64,000 bases of DNA from Gammaproteobacteria bacterium (GTDB lineage: Bacteria > Pseudomonadota > Gammaproteobacteria > Eutrophobiales > Eutrophobiaceae): the NCBI GenBank assembly GCA_040905045.1, contig JBBDSH010000073.1, forward strand, positions 2,535-66,534. Reading direction: 5' to 3'. Both the position numbers and the translations under genes were made by a program. The notes under the pieces were generated by a model that was given only the letters and a program-made list of their open reading frames with translations, was not told the DNA's origin and did no database searches. Of this stretch, positions 19,249-28,889 are shown piece by piece. The stretch's first letter is position 1. Each line of letters begins with the position of its first letter.

Positions 19249-19830
19249 ATGTCTTTTACATTGCCTGAATTGCCGTATGCGCAGAATGCGCTGGAACCCC
19301 GTATTTCCGGGGAAACCCTGCAGTATCATTACGGCAAGCATCATGCCGCCTATGTGACCAAATTGAACGCGGCAATCGACGGTTCCGGATTCGACGGCAA
19401 ATCGCTGGAGGAGATCATACTCAACGCCGAACCCGGCGGCCTGTTCAACAATGCCGCGCAGGTCTGGAACCATACCTTTTACTGGCACAGCATGTCGCCG
19501 GAGAAGACCGAACCACACGGCAAGGTGGCCGATGCCATCAAGGCCGCCTTCGGTGACTTCGACAAATTCAGGGACGCCTTTACCCAGGCGGCGGCCGGCC
19601 ATTTCGGCTCCGGCTGGGCCTGGCTGGTAAAGAACAAGGAAGGATCCGTGGAAGTCGTTTCAACCCACGATGCCGACAATCCCCTGCGCGCCGGCAGCAC
19701 GCCGTTGCTGACCTGCGATGTCTGGGAACATGCGTTCTACATCGATTACCGTAATGACAAGGCGTCTTATGTGGAAAATTTCCGGGAACTGATGAACTGG
19801 GATTTTGCCGAGCATAATTTTAATAGTTAG
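19249..19830 (+). CDS. sodB: Superoxide dismutase, Fe-type
   Basis: LPELPY, HYGKHH, NNAAQVWNHTFYW, FGSGWAWL and CDVWEHAFY. Confidence 0.95.
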   Translation: MSFTLPELPYAQNALEPRISGETLQYHYGKHHAAYVTKLNAAIDGSGFDGKSLEEIILNAEPGGLFNNAAQVWNHTFYWHSMSPEKTEPHGKVADAIKAAFGDFDKFRDAFTQAAAGHFGSGWAWLVKNKEGSVEVVSTHDADNPLRAGSTPLLTCDVWEHAFYIDYRNDKASYVENFRELMNWDFAEHNFNS

Positions 19831-19930
19831 TGGCTCGTGGCTCGTGGCTCGTGGCTCGGTATTTGAGATCGATCACTAATCAGTACTCACCGTACGAGTC
19901 CCGATCCTCGATCCCCGAATCCCGATTCCC
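19829..19930. repeat. Heptamer arrays (GTGGCTC x4; CCCGAT/CCCGAA-type)
   Basis: Between convergent sodB and PHP genes; the second array overlaps the PHP 3' end. Confidence 0.8.
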
Positions 19931-20735
19931 AAACCGGCCGGCATGCCGACGGCAGGGTCTCGAATCCGCCGGGCTCGGCGAAACCGGGCGCACTGCGGTG
20001 ATAATCCGAACCGCAGGAGGCCAGTAAACCCTGTTTCCGGCACAGATTGGCCAGGGTTGAGGTCATGTCCCGCGTCTGCCGGCCCGAGACCACTTCCATG
20101 GCGTCGCCGCCGGCGGCCTTGAAACCGGCAATCAGTGATGTCAGTTTGCTCCGGGTCAGTTTGTACGCCGCCGGGTGAGCCAGGACGGCCAGACCGCCGG
20201 CAGAGTGCGTCCATTCAATAACCTGTTCCATCGGCGCCCACTCGGTGCGGCAATACGCCGCCTTGCCCGCGGACAGGTACTTGTCAAAGGCCTGGCTTTC
20301 ATTACGGACAAAGCCGCAATCGACCATGTGGCGTGCGAAATGGGGACGGCCGATGTGGCGGTTTTGCGCCAGGCGCTCGGCGCCGGCCAGGGGCGTATCG
20401 ACACCCAGTTTCTCGAGTTTCGCCGCGATACGATCGGCCCTGTCCATGCGCGAGTGCTGTTGTTGCCGGATGCCGTCCCGGAGGTCGGCATTCTCCGGCC
20501 GCACGTTCAGGCCGACGATATGGATTTCCAGTTTTTGCCAGCGCGTCGACCATTCAATGCCGGGGATCAACCGCAGGCCGGTGTCCCTATCGACAAGATC
20601 CTCATAGGCGGCCATGGTGTCGTGATCGGTAATGGAGAGCACCCGGACCCCGCATTCACGCGCCTTTTGCACCAGTTGCATCGGCTCAAGCATGCCATCG
20701 GATGCGGTGGTGTGAGTGTGCAGATCAATATGCAT
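19887..20735 (-). CDS. PHP domain protein (YciV/TrpH-like phosphoesterase)
   Basis: IDLHTHTTASDG, ITDHDT, GIE, HIVG, GRPHFA, LAHP and GSDYH; real start at MHIDLH, not at 21392. Confidence 0.92.
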   Translation of the reverse strand: MHIDLHTHTTASDGMLEPMQLVQKARECGVRVLSITDHDTMAAYEDLVDRDTGLRLIPGIEWSTRWQKLEIHIVGLNVRPENADLRDGIRQQQHSRMDRADRIAAKLEKLGVDTPLAGAERLAQNRHIGRPHFARHMVDCGFVRNESQAFDKYLSAGKAAYCRTEWAPMEQVIEWTHSAGGLAVLAHPAAYKLTRSKLTSLIAGFKAAGGDAMEVVSGRQTRDMTSTLANLCRKQGLLASCGSDYHRSAPGFAEPGGFETLPSACRPVWESGFGDRGSGLVR

Positions 20736-20787
20736 GGTCAGGCGTGATTCATGGCTTGTAGCTCGTAATTCCCATATCGTACCATTT

Positions 20788-20843
20788 ACGAGCCACGAGC
20801 CACGAGCCACGAGCCACGAGCCACGAGCCACGAGCCACGAGCT
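20788..20843. repeat. Perfect heptamer array (GAGCCAC x7)
   Basis: Directly follows the uup stop codon on the minus strand. Confidence 0.95.
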
Positions 20844-22722
20844 ACTCCAATTCCTCCCAGCGTTCATAGGCCTGTTCCAGATCCCGGCGTATGCGTTCCA
20901 GTTCCGACAACGTTTCGGTAATGGCGGCCTTGTCCTGTTTATAGAATTCACTGTCGCTGATCTGTTTTTCCAGTGCAGTCTGTTCTTGCTCCAGTTCCTC
21001 GATGCGGTCGGGGAGATCAACCAGTTCCCTTTGCTCGTGATAACTGAGTTTGGTTTTGCCGCGTGACGCCGGATTTTTTTCCGTACCGGGACCGGGATTG
21101 TCTTGTCGGGCTTTCTTGTGCGTATCAACCGGCCGTTGCCGCAGCCAGTCTTCATAGCCGCCGACGTATTCCCGGACGCAGCCGCCGCCCTCAAAGGCGA
21201 TGGTGCTGGTAACGACGTTATCCAGGAAGGTACGGTCATGGCTGACCAGCAGCAGGGTGCCGTCAAAATCCATGAGCAAGTCCTCGAGCAGTTCCATTGT
21301 CTCCACGTCCAGGTCGTTGGTGGGTTCGTCCAGCACCAGCATGTTTGCCGGTTGCGTAAAGATACGGGCCAGCAGCAACCGATTACGTTCACCGCCGGAG
21401 AGGCTTTTGACGGGCGAATCGATGCGTTCCGGCGGAAAAAGGAAATCCTTCATGTAGCCGATGACATGACGTGAGCGGCCGCGGACAGTAACGTAATCAC
21501 TGCCTTCGGATATATTCTCCCGGACTGTTTTACCGGGCTGCAGCCGGGCGCGTTGCTGGTCGAAATAGGCGATTTGCAGTCGCGTGCCGTGAATGACCTC
21601 GCCGCTGTCCGGTTTGATTTCACCCAGCAGCAGTTTCAGCAGCGTGCTCTTGCCGGAGCCGTTGGGCCCGATGATGCCGACGCGGTCGCCGCGCATGAGA
21701 CGCGTGGAAAAGTCCCGGACTATGCAGTGATCGCCGTAGCTGAAGCTGACATGGCGCAGGTCCGCGACCAGTTTTCCGGATGCCATATCGTCGTTTACAC
21801 TCAGATTTACAGCGCCACTGCGCTCCATGCGTTGCTGTTTTTCACGGCGCATCTGTTCCAGTTTCCGTACGCGGCCCTCGTTGCGCGTCCGGCGCGCCTT
21901 GATGCCCTTGCGTATCCAGGCTTCTTCCTCGGCGAGTTTTCTGTCGAAACGGGCATTGGCTTTTTCCTCGGCGGCCAGCAGTTCGTCTTTTTTCTCCAGG
22001 AACTTTTCATAATTTCCCGGGAAGGACGTCAGGATGCCGCGATCCAGTTCGATAATCCGGGTCGACAGGTTGCGAACCAGCGTGCGGTCATGACTGATGA
22101 ACATCAGGGCGCCGGTGAAGGCAAGCAGGAACTCTTCCAGCCAGTGAATGGAGGCAATGTCCATATGGTTGGTGGGTTCGTCCAGGAGCAGCAAATCGGG
22201 ATCGCTGACCAGGGCCCGGGCCAGCATGACGCGCCTGCGGATTCCGCCGGAACAGGTTGCGAGAGGCTGGTCCGGAGGCAGGGACAGACGGCTGAGAACG
22301 GCTTCCACCTTGTGATCGATATTCCAGCCGTTTTCCACGTCGATTTGCTGCTGCAGCTCATTCAGGCGTTTGAGATCAGTGCTGTCATTTTCTTCCGGCA
22401 GGCTATTAACGGCCTGGTGGTATTCGGCCAGAAGCCGGCCGGGCGTACCCAGCCCGGAAGCCACCACCTGGTATACGGTTTCCTCCGTTTCCGGCGGAAT
22501 ATCCTGGAGCAGATAGGAAATACGCAAGGTATCCCGGTGCCAGACTTCGCCGGTGTCCGCCGCCGCCATACCGCTGATCACGCGGAACAGGGTGGATTTG
22601 CCCGTGCCGTTGCGGCCGACCAGGCAGACGCGCTCGCCCCGATCTATACTGAAATTGACATTCTGAAGCAGGGGTTGGTGGCCGTAGGCCAGGGAGATAT
22701 CGGTCAGGGTCAGCAGGGACAT
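20842..22722 (-). CDS. uup: ABC-F family ATPase Uup
   Basis: Two ABC domains (GRNGTGKST, GPNGSGKST, LDEPTN), linker GIKARRTRNEGRVR, and a C-terminal coiled coil ending RWEELE. Confidence 0.93.
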   Translation of the reverse strand: MSLLTLTDISLAYGHQPLLQNVNFSIDRGERVCLVGRNGTGKSTLFRVISGMAAADTGEVWHRDTLRISYLLQDIPPETEETVYQVVASGLGTPGRLLAEYHQAVNSLPEENDSTDLKRLNELQQQIDVENGWNIDHKVEAVLSRLSLPPDQPLATCSGGIRRRVMLARALVSDPDLLLLDEPTNHMDIASIHWLEEFLLAFTGALMFISHDRTLVRNLSTRIIELDRGILTSFPGNYEKFLEKKDELLAAEEKANARFDRKLAEEEAWIRKGIKARRTRNEGRVRKLEQMRREKQQRMERSGAVNLSVNDDMASGKLVADLRHVSFSYGDHCIVRDFSTRLMRGDRVGIIGPNGSGKSTLLKLLLGEIKPDSGEVIHGTRLQIAYFDQQRARLQPGKTVRENISEGSDYVTVRGRSRHVIGYMKDFLFPPERIDSPVKSLSGGERNRLLLARIFTQPANMLVLDEPTNDLDVETMELLEDLLMDFDGTLLLVSHDRTFLDNVVTSTIAFEGGGCVREYVGGYEDWLRQRPVDTHKKARQDNPGPGTEKNPASRGKTKLSYHEQRELVDLPDRIEELEQEQTALEKQISDSEFYKQDKAAITETLSELERIRRDLEQAYERWEELE

Positions 22723-22857
22723 AACAACTGTCTAAAACAAACTCATTTTCATGGGGGGATGATTGTACCGCGAAAAGCCGGGCCGACCGAAACGGGGTTG
22801 AAATCGACGTCACGGACCGCTGAGTACGGCTGGTTTCGCAATTATTAATGAGACCGG

Positions 22858-23060
22858 AAGTATCCCGACACTCCTCTGTGGGACACGCTGTGAATACGTC
22901 CCCTGGATCAAGCCTGTCCCGGCCAACGAGCCGGGGTCCAGGGCAGGCTCTGTACGCTCGACGGCCGCATCTCCCGGATCAAGCCTGCCCCGGTCAACGA
23001 GCCGGGGTCCGGGACAGGCTATGCGGGCCGACAGTCCCACAGAGGAGTGTCGGGATACTT
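22858..23060. repeat. Palindromic element, family A, copy 2, with two nested hairpin-in-hairpin inserts
   Basis: Perfect 27-bp arms at 22858-22884 and 23034-23060; two ~48-bp internal copies of ccYggatcaagcctgYcccggYcaacgagccggggtccRggRcaggct. Confidence 0.92.
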
Positions 23061-23182
23061 ATAACCCTCTTAATAAATCCCGTTTCTGGGAAGAAGATCA
23101 CGGTTTTTCCGGCGAATAGGCTATAGTTTGCATATTGAACGAGGAATACTCGATACGCGTTGCAGCTCTTAGAGGGGGAATT

Positions 23183-23722
23183 ATGGAGTTCACCATTGAT
23201 CGGAAGCCGCCGACAAGCGAAGAAATACTCGCGGAACAGCAGCGGCTCAACAACGCCGCCAGGCGGATAAAAACACGGGATACGCTGATTACGTTCGTTT
23301 TGATCCTGCTTACCAGCGGCGTGGTAGCCATGGTCGTTTACTGGTCCACGGCCAGCTTCAAGTACGCAGCCATAGCGTTCAGTATTTTCCCCGTCATAGG
23401 TGTGATAATGGGGTTGGCGGGCCTGATAACCGTCATCGGTTTCCGCAGCAACGCCATGCAGGTGATTGAACTGAAAAATAATCTGATCGCCCTGCTGCCT
23501 GTCGATTCCGGCAATGAGGACAGCATCCGGGAGCTGTGCCGGAAATACCCGCAGGTGGAGAATTACCGCCGTCAGGTGGAGGATATGGGACGTGCCCTGG
23601 TCAACGGTGAACTGGCCATGTTCTGGGAATGGGACGCCAGTACCGGAGCGAAGTCGGCCAAGCAACGGGCCTATTTCAATAATTCCGGCGGGGATGCCTC
23701 CGCCGATGCCAGTACCGCCTGA
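23183..23722 (+). CDS. Hypothetical membrane protein
   Basis: GAGGGGG RBS; two TM helices and a C-terminal soluble domain. Confidence 0.7.
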   Translation: MEFTIDRKPPTSEEILAEQQRLNNAARRIKTRDTLITFVLILLTSGVVAMVVYWSTASFKYAAIAFSIFPVIGVIMGLAGLITVIGFRSNAMQVIELKNNLIALLPVDSGNEDSIRELCRKYPQVENYRRQVEDMGRALVNGELAMFWEWDASTGAKSAKQRAYFNNSGGDASADASTA

Positions 23723-23761
23723 GAGCGGCTATACGATCTGTCTCATCTTTTTTTGGTTTTC

Positions 23762-24019
23762 AGCAAAATGTGTGGGTATCCGGAAAGGTAATAGTGGATC
23801 TCGCCAAGCCTGCCCCGGACTTGTTCCGGGGATCGCCAAGCCCGCAAAGTAAATATTGATGTTTACCTCTTTGCGAACTTTGCGCGCTTGGCGAGATCCT
23901 TTTGAAAAATCTGCCCGGAAGACCGGGGTCGATTTCGCGTGAGACGGACGCAAAAAAATCCTGTCTATCATAAAGTTGGCGCCCATGGCGAGCAGGATAA
24001 CGCCCACAGATTCTTCTGA
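23762..24019 (+). repeat. Interspersed repeat family B, copy 2 (contains the 23-bp hairpin insert at 23809-23831)
   Basis: Colinear with 13261-13532 apart from the position of the hairpin insert. Confidence 0.85.
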
Positions 24020-24172
24020 TGATTACTGGTAACACACATTCAGCGGCGAGCCGTGAAATCGCTCCGAATCGGTATTTCAAGGTTTGCTCCTTACCCCCTC
24101 CCTTATAAATCATTGATAATCCTTTGAGTTTCTTTACTATTATCGGCAGGTTATTGATACCGATGCCGATCC

Positions 24173-25417
24173 ATGAATGATACCAGAGAAGATGTGACCT
24201 TTCTTATCAGCGAGGCTGAAAAGGGGGACGTTTCGGCCCAGCTGACCCTGGCCGGCCTGTACGACTATGGTTATGGTATTGCCAAGGACATGGGGCTGGC
24301 CGCGCAGTGGTATCTGGAGGCGGCGAGACGCGGTTCGGTCGAAGCCCAGGCCGCGATCGGCAGGCGCTATTTAAAGGGGGTCGGTGTCGACCAGGACTTT
24401 GAGCTGGCGTTTCAGTGGCTGGAAAAAGCCGCCGCGGCGGGGAATGCCGACGCCGTCGCCGATATTGCCTGGAGTTTTCAGAACGGCCTGGGCGTAAAAC
24501 GGGATCTGGTCAAGGCCTTCGAGCATTACCAGCGGGCCGCGCAACTGGGTCATGCGCCTTCCCGCTACAATCTCGGTTATATGGCCGCCAACGGCCTGGG
24601 TACGGAAAAGGATCATGAAGAGGCCTTGTACTGGTATCGGCTGGCGGCCGGGCAGGGCCATAAAAAGTCCCAGGTGAATCTGGGTCTTTTTTACGCCATG
24701 GGTATCGGCACGAAACGTGATGATATCGAGGCGGTGGAATGCTTCCGTCGCGCGGCCGAACAGGATTATGCCAAGGGCCAGTACAATCTGGGTCGTATGT
24801 ATGCCCGTGGTAACGGGGTTCCCAAGGATTTACACGAGGCCGCCAGATGGTATGCGCTGGCGGCGGAACAAGGGTATCAGCGGGCCCAGTACGATCTGGG
24901 ATTGCTGTATTTGTCCGGCCGGGGCGTGGAGCAGGATTACGACATTGCCATGGAGTGGTTTTTAAAGGCAAGCTTGAATAATTACCCCAAGGCCAATTAC
25001 CAGATAGGTCGCATGTATGAGGAAGGCCTGGGAGTGGAAGCCGATCCCGGAGAGGCGGCCGATTGGTACCATAAGGCGGCGGATCACAATTTTGACCGCG
25101 CCCAGTACCGGCTCGGGAATCTGTATTTCAGCGGCGAGGGTGTGGAACAGGATTACGAAACCGCCTGGCAATATTATCTGAAAGCGGCCGAGCAGGGCTA
25201 CCAGCCCGCCCAGTACCGTCTCGGCGTTCTGTATCGGCAGGGATGGGGTGTTCCCAAGGATCTGGTACGTTCCTATGCCTGGTTATACGTGGCGGCGGAG
25301 ACCAATCACATCACGGCCCTGCGGGCCCTCAACAAGGTGCGGGAAAGGCTGAACTACATGCAGGTAATCGAGGCGGACAAGCTCGGCAAGCAATACCGTG
25401 CCGAATACGGCCTCTGA
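24173..25417 (+). CDS. Sel1-like repeat protein (about 10 repeats)
   Basis: 36-aa repeats AQYxLGxxYxxGxGVxxDxxxAxxWYxxAAEQG; no obvious signal peptide. Confidence 0.95.
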   Translation: MNDTREDVTFLISEAEKGDVSAQLTLAGLYDYGYGIAKDMGLAAQWYLEAARRGSVEAQAAIGRRYLKGVGVDQDFELAFQWLEKAAAAGNADAVADIAWSFQNGLGVKRDLVKAFEHYQRAAQLGHAPSRYNLGYMAANGLGTEKDHEEALYWYRLAAGQGHKKSQVNLGLFYAMGIGTKRDDIEAVECFRRAAEQDYAKGQYNLGRMYARGNGVPKDLHEAARWYALAAEQGYQRAQYDLGLLYLSGRGVEQDYDIAMEWFLKASLNNYPKANYQIGRMYEEGLGVEADPGEAADWYHKAADHNFDRAQYRLGNLYFSGEGVEQDYETAWQYYLKAAEQGYQPAQYRLGVLYRQGWGVPKDLVRSYAWLYVAAETNHITALRALNKVRERLNYMQVIEADKLGKQYRAEYGL

Positions 25418-25455
25418 GGATCATCATTAGCCCGCATATTGCACGAGGCCGCTGC

Positions 25456-25481
25456 AAAAGAAAACCCCGCATTGAGCGGGG
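25456..25481 (-). terminator. Rho-independent terminator of the cold-shock gene
   Basis: ccccgc-attga-gcgggg hairpin with an A-tract on the plus strand (U-tract on the minus strand). Confidence 0.75.
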
Positions 25482-25515
25482 CTTGAAGCAGGTTTTCTGT
25501 ACGTATTGTTCTCGT

Positions 25516-25722
25516 TTAATTCTTTATGGAAACGCGCGCCGCCTGAGGCCCCTTGGGGCTGTCCTGAACCTCGAATTCGACCTGCTGACCCTCTGCCAGG
25601 GTCTTGAATCCTTCACCCTCGATAGCGGAAAAATGAACGAAGACATCATCACCTCCGTCCGAAGGTGAAATAAAGCCATAACCTTTGGACTCATTAAACC
25701 ACTTTACTGTACCAGTAGCCAT
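25516..25722 (-). CDS. Cold-shock protein (CspA family)
   Basis: [24 protein letters not shown] and KGPQA. Confidence 0.97.
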   Translation of the reverse strand: MATGTVKWFNESKGYGFISPSDGGDDVFVHFSAIEGEGFKTLAEGQQVEFEVQDSPKGPQAARVSIKN

Positions 25723-26111
25723 GTAACTAACCTCTGAAAAAATGAATGTTGAATTGCAGATCAGATAAAGGTTGTACAGAAGGCACCGGTAAGGACGCTA
25801 CTGACAATCACCATACCTATTTGCAACCCCGCCAGTTTAACCGAGAAATTATGAAATGGGTACTCGTTGCAGTGAAATATCAGCCTCGCCGGGAATTCCG
25901 GTCTGGCATGAATTGTGATTGTATAAAAACGGCGAAAGGATTTGCATTGATGCGTATACAGCCGCCGGTCTGCATTGTGCCGGCCCCATGTTTCCGGATG
26001 CATGGAAAGGTGATAGGCCGGCACGCACAGAAGGAATGCAGTCCAGGCGGCGTTGCAACGGATATCCCGGCATCGGTATGCGGGCTGATTTCCGGGAACC
26101 CAGGACGGTAA

Positions 26112-26573
26112 TCAGGTGATGATTCTCGGGGCGTCTTCTTCGCCCTCGTTTTCGTTAACGTCCATAACATCAACCTCGAAATGCAGGCGCTCGCCGGCCA
26201 GGGGATGATTGAAATCCAGGATGACGGATTCATCCATGACCTCTTTTACCTGCACCACCATGGGGCCCTTTTCGGTTTCCACCCGAAACTGCATGCCCGG
26301 TTCGACCTTGTCCACGTTGGCAAACGTCTCCCTCGATACAGTCTGGATCATTTCGTCATTACGCTGACCGTAGGCTTCCTCCGGTTCCACGGTGACCTGG
26401 ACATTATCGCCGCTCGCATGGCCGTCCAGCGCCTTTTCCAGGCCCGGAATGATGTTCCCGGAGCCGTGTTCATACTGCAGGGGATCCTGGCCCTGGGAAC
26501 TGTCGATGACCTCGCCCTGGTCATCGGTCAGTGTGTAATGGATGGAGACAACTGCGCCTGAACTGATTTTCAT
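26112..26573 (-). CDS. slyD: FKBP-type peptidyl-prolyl isomerase, SlyD type (no His-rich tail)
   Basis: VSIHYTL, IIPGLEKAL, PEEAYG and DFNHPLAG. Confidence 0.9.
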   Translation of the reverse strand: MKISSGAVVSIHYTLTDDQGEVIDSSQGQDPLQYEHGSGNIIPGLEKALDGHASGDNVQVTVEPEEAYGQRNDEMIQTVSRETFANVDKVEPGMQFRVETEKGPMVVQVKEVMDESVILDFNHPLAGERLHFEVDVMDVNENEGEEDAPRIIT

Positions 26574-26766
26574 AAAAATACACCTTGTTTATCACTGTTT
26601 TCCCAGTCTAGCCCATGGTACCGGCGACAGCAACCGATGGCCGGGATATCCGCTTTGATCGGCGCGGGACGCCCCGGGGCTGGCGCCGGCCGGGGATGCC
26701 GATTACTATGACCGGCGCGTTTGGCGGCTGCCGGCGAGTCAAAACAAAAACACTGGAGATAAAGTA

Positions 26767-27297
26767 ATGAACCGAATGATACAGTTGACGATGATCCTGC
26801 TGCTTCTGGCTCCCGCTCTGGTAACGGCTCACGGGCCTTCCAGACAGAAAGTGGTGGAGGAAATCGAAATCAGCGCATCACCGGACAAGGTATGGGCAAT
26901 AGTGAGTGAATTCTGCTCCATCAAGGACTGGCATCCCATGGTGACGGCCTGTGAGAGCGACAAGGGCACCGCGGTGGATTCCGTACGCGTCATTACCCTG
27001 GAAAACGGTGCCGCCGTAAAAGAAAAGCTGGCCAGGCATTTCCCCGATCGCCGCCGCTTGCAGTACATGATGATCGAGCCCAGTCCCGAGGCCTTTCCCA
27101 TTAATACTCATGGCACCGGCATTATCGTCAAGGAAGGTGCAGAGGGCGGTGCCGTCGTCGAATGGAAAGGGGCCTTCTACCGCGCCTTCCCGGGACCAAA
27201 TCCGCCACCGGAACTGTCCGATGAAGCCGGGCGGGAGAAGATAACGGCCTTTTATCGCAGCGGACTGGAGAACCTGAAACAACTGGCGGAGCAATAA
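26767..27297 (+). CDS. Exported SRPBCC family protein (MxaD-like)
   Basis: Signal peptide then HGPSRQKV; I.ASPDKVW, WHP, VEWKGAFYR and YRSGLENLK. Confidence 0.8.
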   Translation: MNRMIQLTMILLLLAPALVTAHGPSRQKVVEEIEISASPDKVWAIVSEFCSIKDWHPMVTACESDKGTAVDSVRVITLENGAAVKEKLARHFPDRRRLQYMMIEPSPEAFPINTHGTGIIVKEGAEGGAVVEWKGAFYRAFPGPNPPPELSDEAGREKITAFYRSGLENLKQLAEQ

Positions 27298-27307
27298 ACA
27301 GTCCGCC

Positions 27308-28267
27308 ATGCTTCGCTCTTTCTTCCTGTTGTCCGGCATACTGATTCCGGTTGTCTTCAGCGGCAACACGGTTGCCGGGCCCCTGGCCTGGATCACCAAT
27401 CAGGGCGCGGATAATGTTTCCGTTATCGATACGGCCGATAATAAAGTCCTGGATACCGTTGCGGTGGGGCACCGGCCGGCAGGTGTCGCCGTTGCCTCCG
27501 ATGGCAGCCGCGTTTACGTCACCAATCCGGAAAGCCGGGACGTTTCCGTGCTCAATGGCCGTAACAGGGACCTGATAGCCACCGTTGCCGTCGGTGACGG
27601 CCCGCTGGCCATCGCCATCGGGCCCCATGACCGTTATGTCTATATTGCCGACTGGTACCGGCATGTGGTGTCGATACTGGATGCGAAAAGCATGAAGATT
27701 GTGGATGCCATTAAAGTCGGCCGTTCCCCCTCGGGACTGGCCGTCGGTCCCGACGGGCGTATTCTCTATGTCGCCAATCGTGACGATAACAATGTCATGC
27801 TGGTGGATCTGGAGTCGCGCGAAGTGATGGCAACCATCGGGGTGGGGACGGCGCCTTTCGGCATTACCCTGGCCCCGAACCGGCGCGAACTTTACACGGC
27901 CAATGTCCGCAGCGGTGATGTCAGTATCATTGACCTGGATCAGCGCCGGCTCGAAGCGACGGTCAAGGTCGGCCTTTTCCCTTATGCCATAGCCTATGAC
28001 GAACCGCGATCGCGGATCTACGTAACCAATCAGCGTGACGGTTCCGTCTCGGTGATTGATCTCGATGAACGTAATGTAATCGCGACGGTAATTACCGGTG
28101 AATACCCGGAAGGACTGTCTCTGCACCCGGACGGTAATCGTCTTTACGTTGCCAACTGGTTCGACGGCATGGTCTCCGTTATTGATACGACAACCCTGAA
28201 GACAATCGACGAGATTGAGACGGATGAAGGCAGCCGTGCCTACGGGCTTTTCATCGCTCCCCGCTGA
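27308..28267 (+). CDS. Exported YVTN-family beta-propeller protein
   Basis: Repeated YVTN/YVAN...VSVID...VG.xP.G units; signal peptide. Confidence 0.92.
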   Translation: MLRSFFLLSGILIPVVFSGNTVAGPLAWITNQGADNVSVIDTADNKVLDTVAVGHRPAGVAVASDGSRVYVTNPESRDVSVLNGRNRDLIATVAVGDGPLAIAIGPHDRYVYIADWYRHVVSILDAKSMKIVDAIKVGRSPSGLAVGPDGRILYVANRDDNNVMLVDLESREVMATIGVGTAPFGITLAPNRRELYTANVRSGDVSIIDLDQRRLEATVKVGLFPYAIAYDEPRSRIYVTNQRDGSVSVIDLDERNVIATVITGEYPEGLSLHPDGNRLYVANWFDGMVSVIDTTTLKTIDEIETDEGSRAYGLFIAPR

Positions 28268-28314
28268 CCCGTTCGGCGGGATTGAACACGGATCTGGAAC
28301 ACTTATCGGGAATT

Positions 28315-28806
28315 TCAGGAGTAGTCGATGGCGACCACCACGTATTCGCGCCGCCCTTCGGGCGTATTTACGCTGACCTCGTCATCCACGCATTTCCCCA
28401 GGATGGCACGGGTAAGCGGCGCGTCGATGCTGATATGGCCGGCATCGTGATCCAGCTCGTCGGCGCCGACAATGCGATAACGACATTCATTGCCGTCCTC
28501 GTCTTCCAGGGTGACGCGGGCGCCGAAGAACACCCGCGTATTGTCGCTGACCTGATCCACCACCTTAAGTGATGGCATGCGTTTCTGCAGGTAGCGGATA
28601 CGGCCGTCGATTCCGCGCAGTTCCTTTTTGCGATAGATGTATTCGGCGTTTTCCGAGCGGTCGCCTTCGGCCGCCGCCGCGGCCAGGGCACGGGTGACCC
28701 CGGCGCGCCGTTCCCATAACTGTTTCAGTTCTTCTTCCAGGCGTTTGTATCCCCCGGGCGTGATATGGGGGGAGGAACGTGGTGAAGGTGGCCGCCAGCG
28801 TGACAT
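28315..28806 (-). CDS. greB: Transcription elongation factor GreB
   Basis: [47 protein letters not shown] and ISIDAP. Confidence 0.93.
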   Translation of the reverse strand: MSRWRPPSPRSSPHITPGGYKRLEEELKQLWERRAGVTRALAAAAAEGDRSENAEYIYRKKELRGIDGRIRYLQKRMPSLKVVDQVSDNTRVFFGARVTLEDEDGNECRYRIVGADELDHDAGHISIDAPLTRAILGKCVDDEVSVNTPEGRREYVVVAIDYS

Positions 28807-28889
28807 AATGGGATAATCAAAAATTGCCAAGGAGTTAATAACCATGCCATGGTAATCATAACAATCCGAACACATTTTTGTCCCGTCCC

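Noticed and set aside
20736-21392. N-terminal extension of the 501-aa ORF 19887-21392, suggesting a Uup-PHP frameshift fusion
   Set aside because: The extension is an alternate frame of uup plus translated heptamer repeats (WLVARGS); uup ends normally and the PHP domain begins at MHIDLH.
22895-23025. Two ~48-bp direct repeats with a spacer, resembling a mini CRISPR array
   Set aside because: Only two units, which parse as nested hairpin inserts in a palindromic element; no cas genes or leader.
26607-26760. GC-rich intergenic stretch as a possible riboswitch
   Set aside because: No recognisable riboswitch consensus or convincing terminator by eye; an Rfam scan would be needed.
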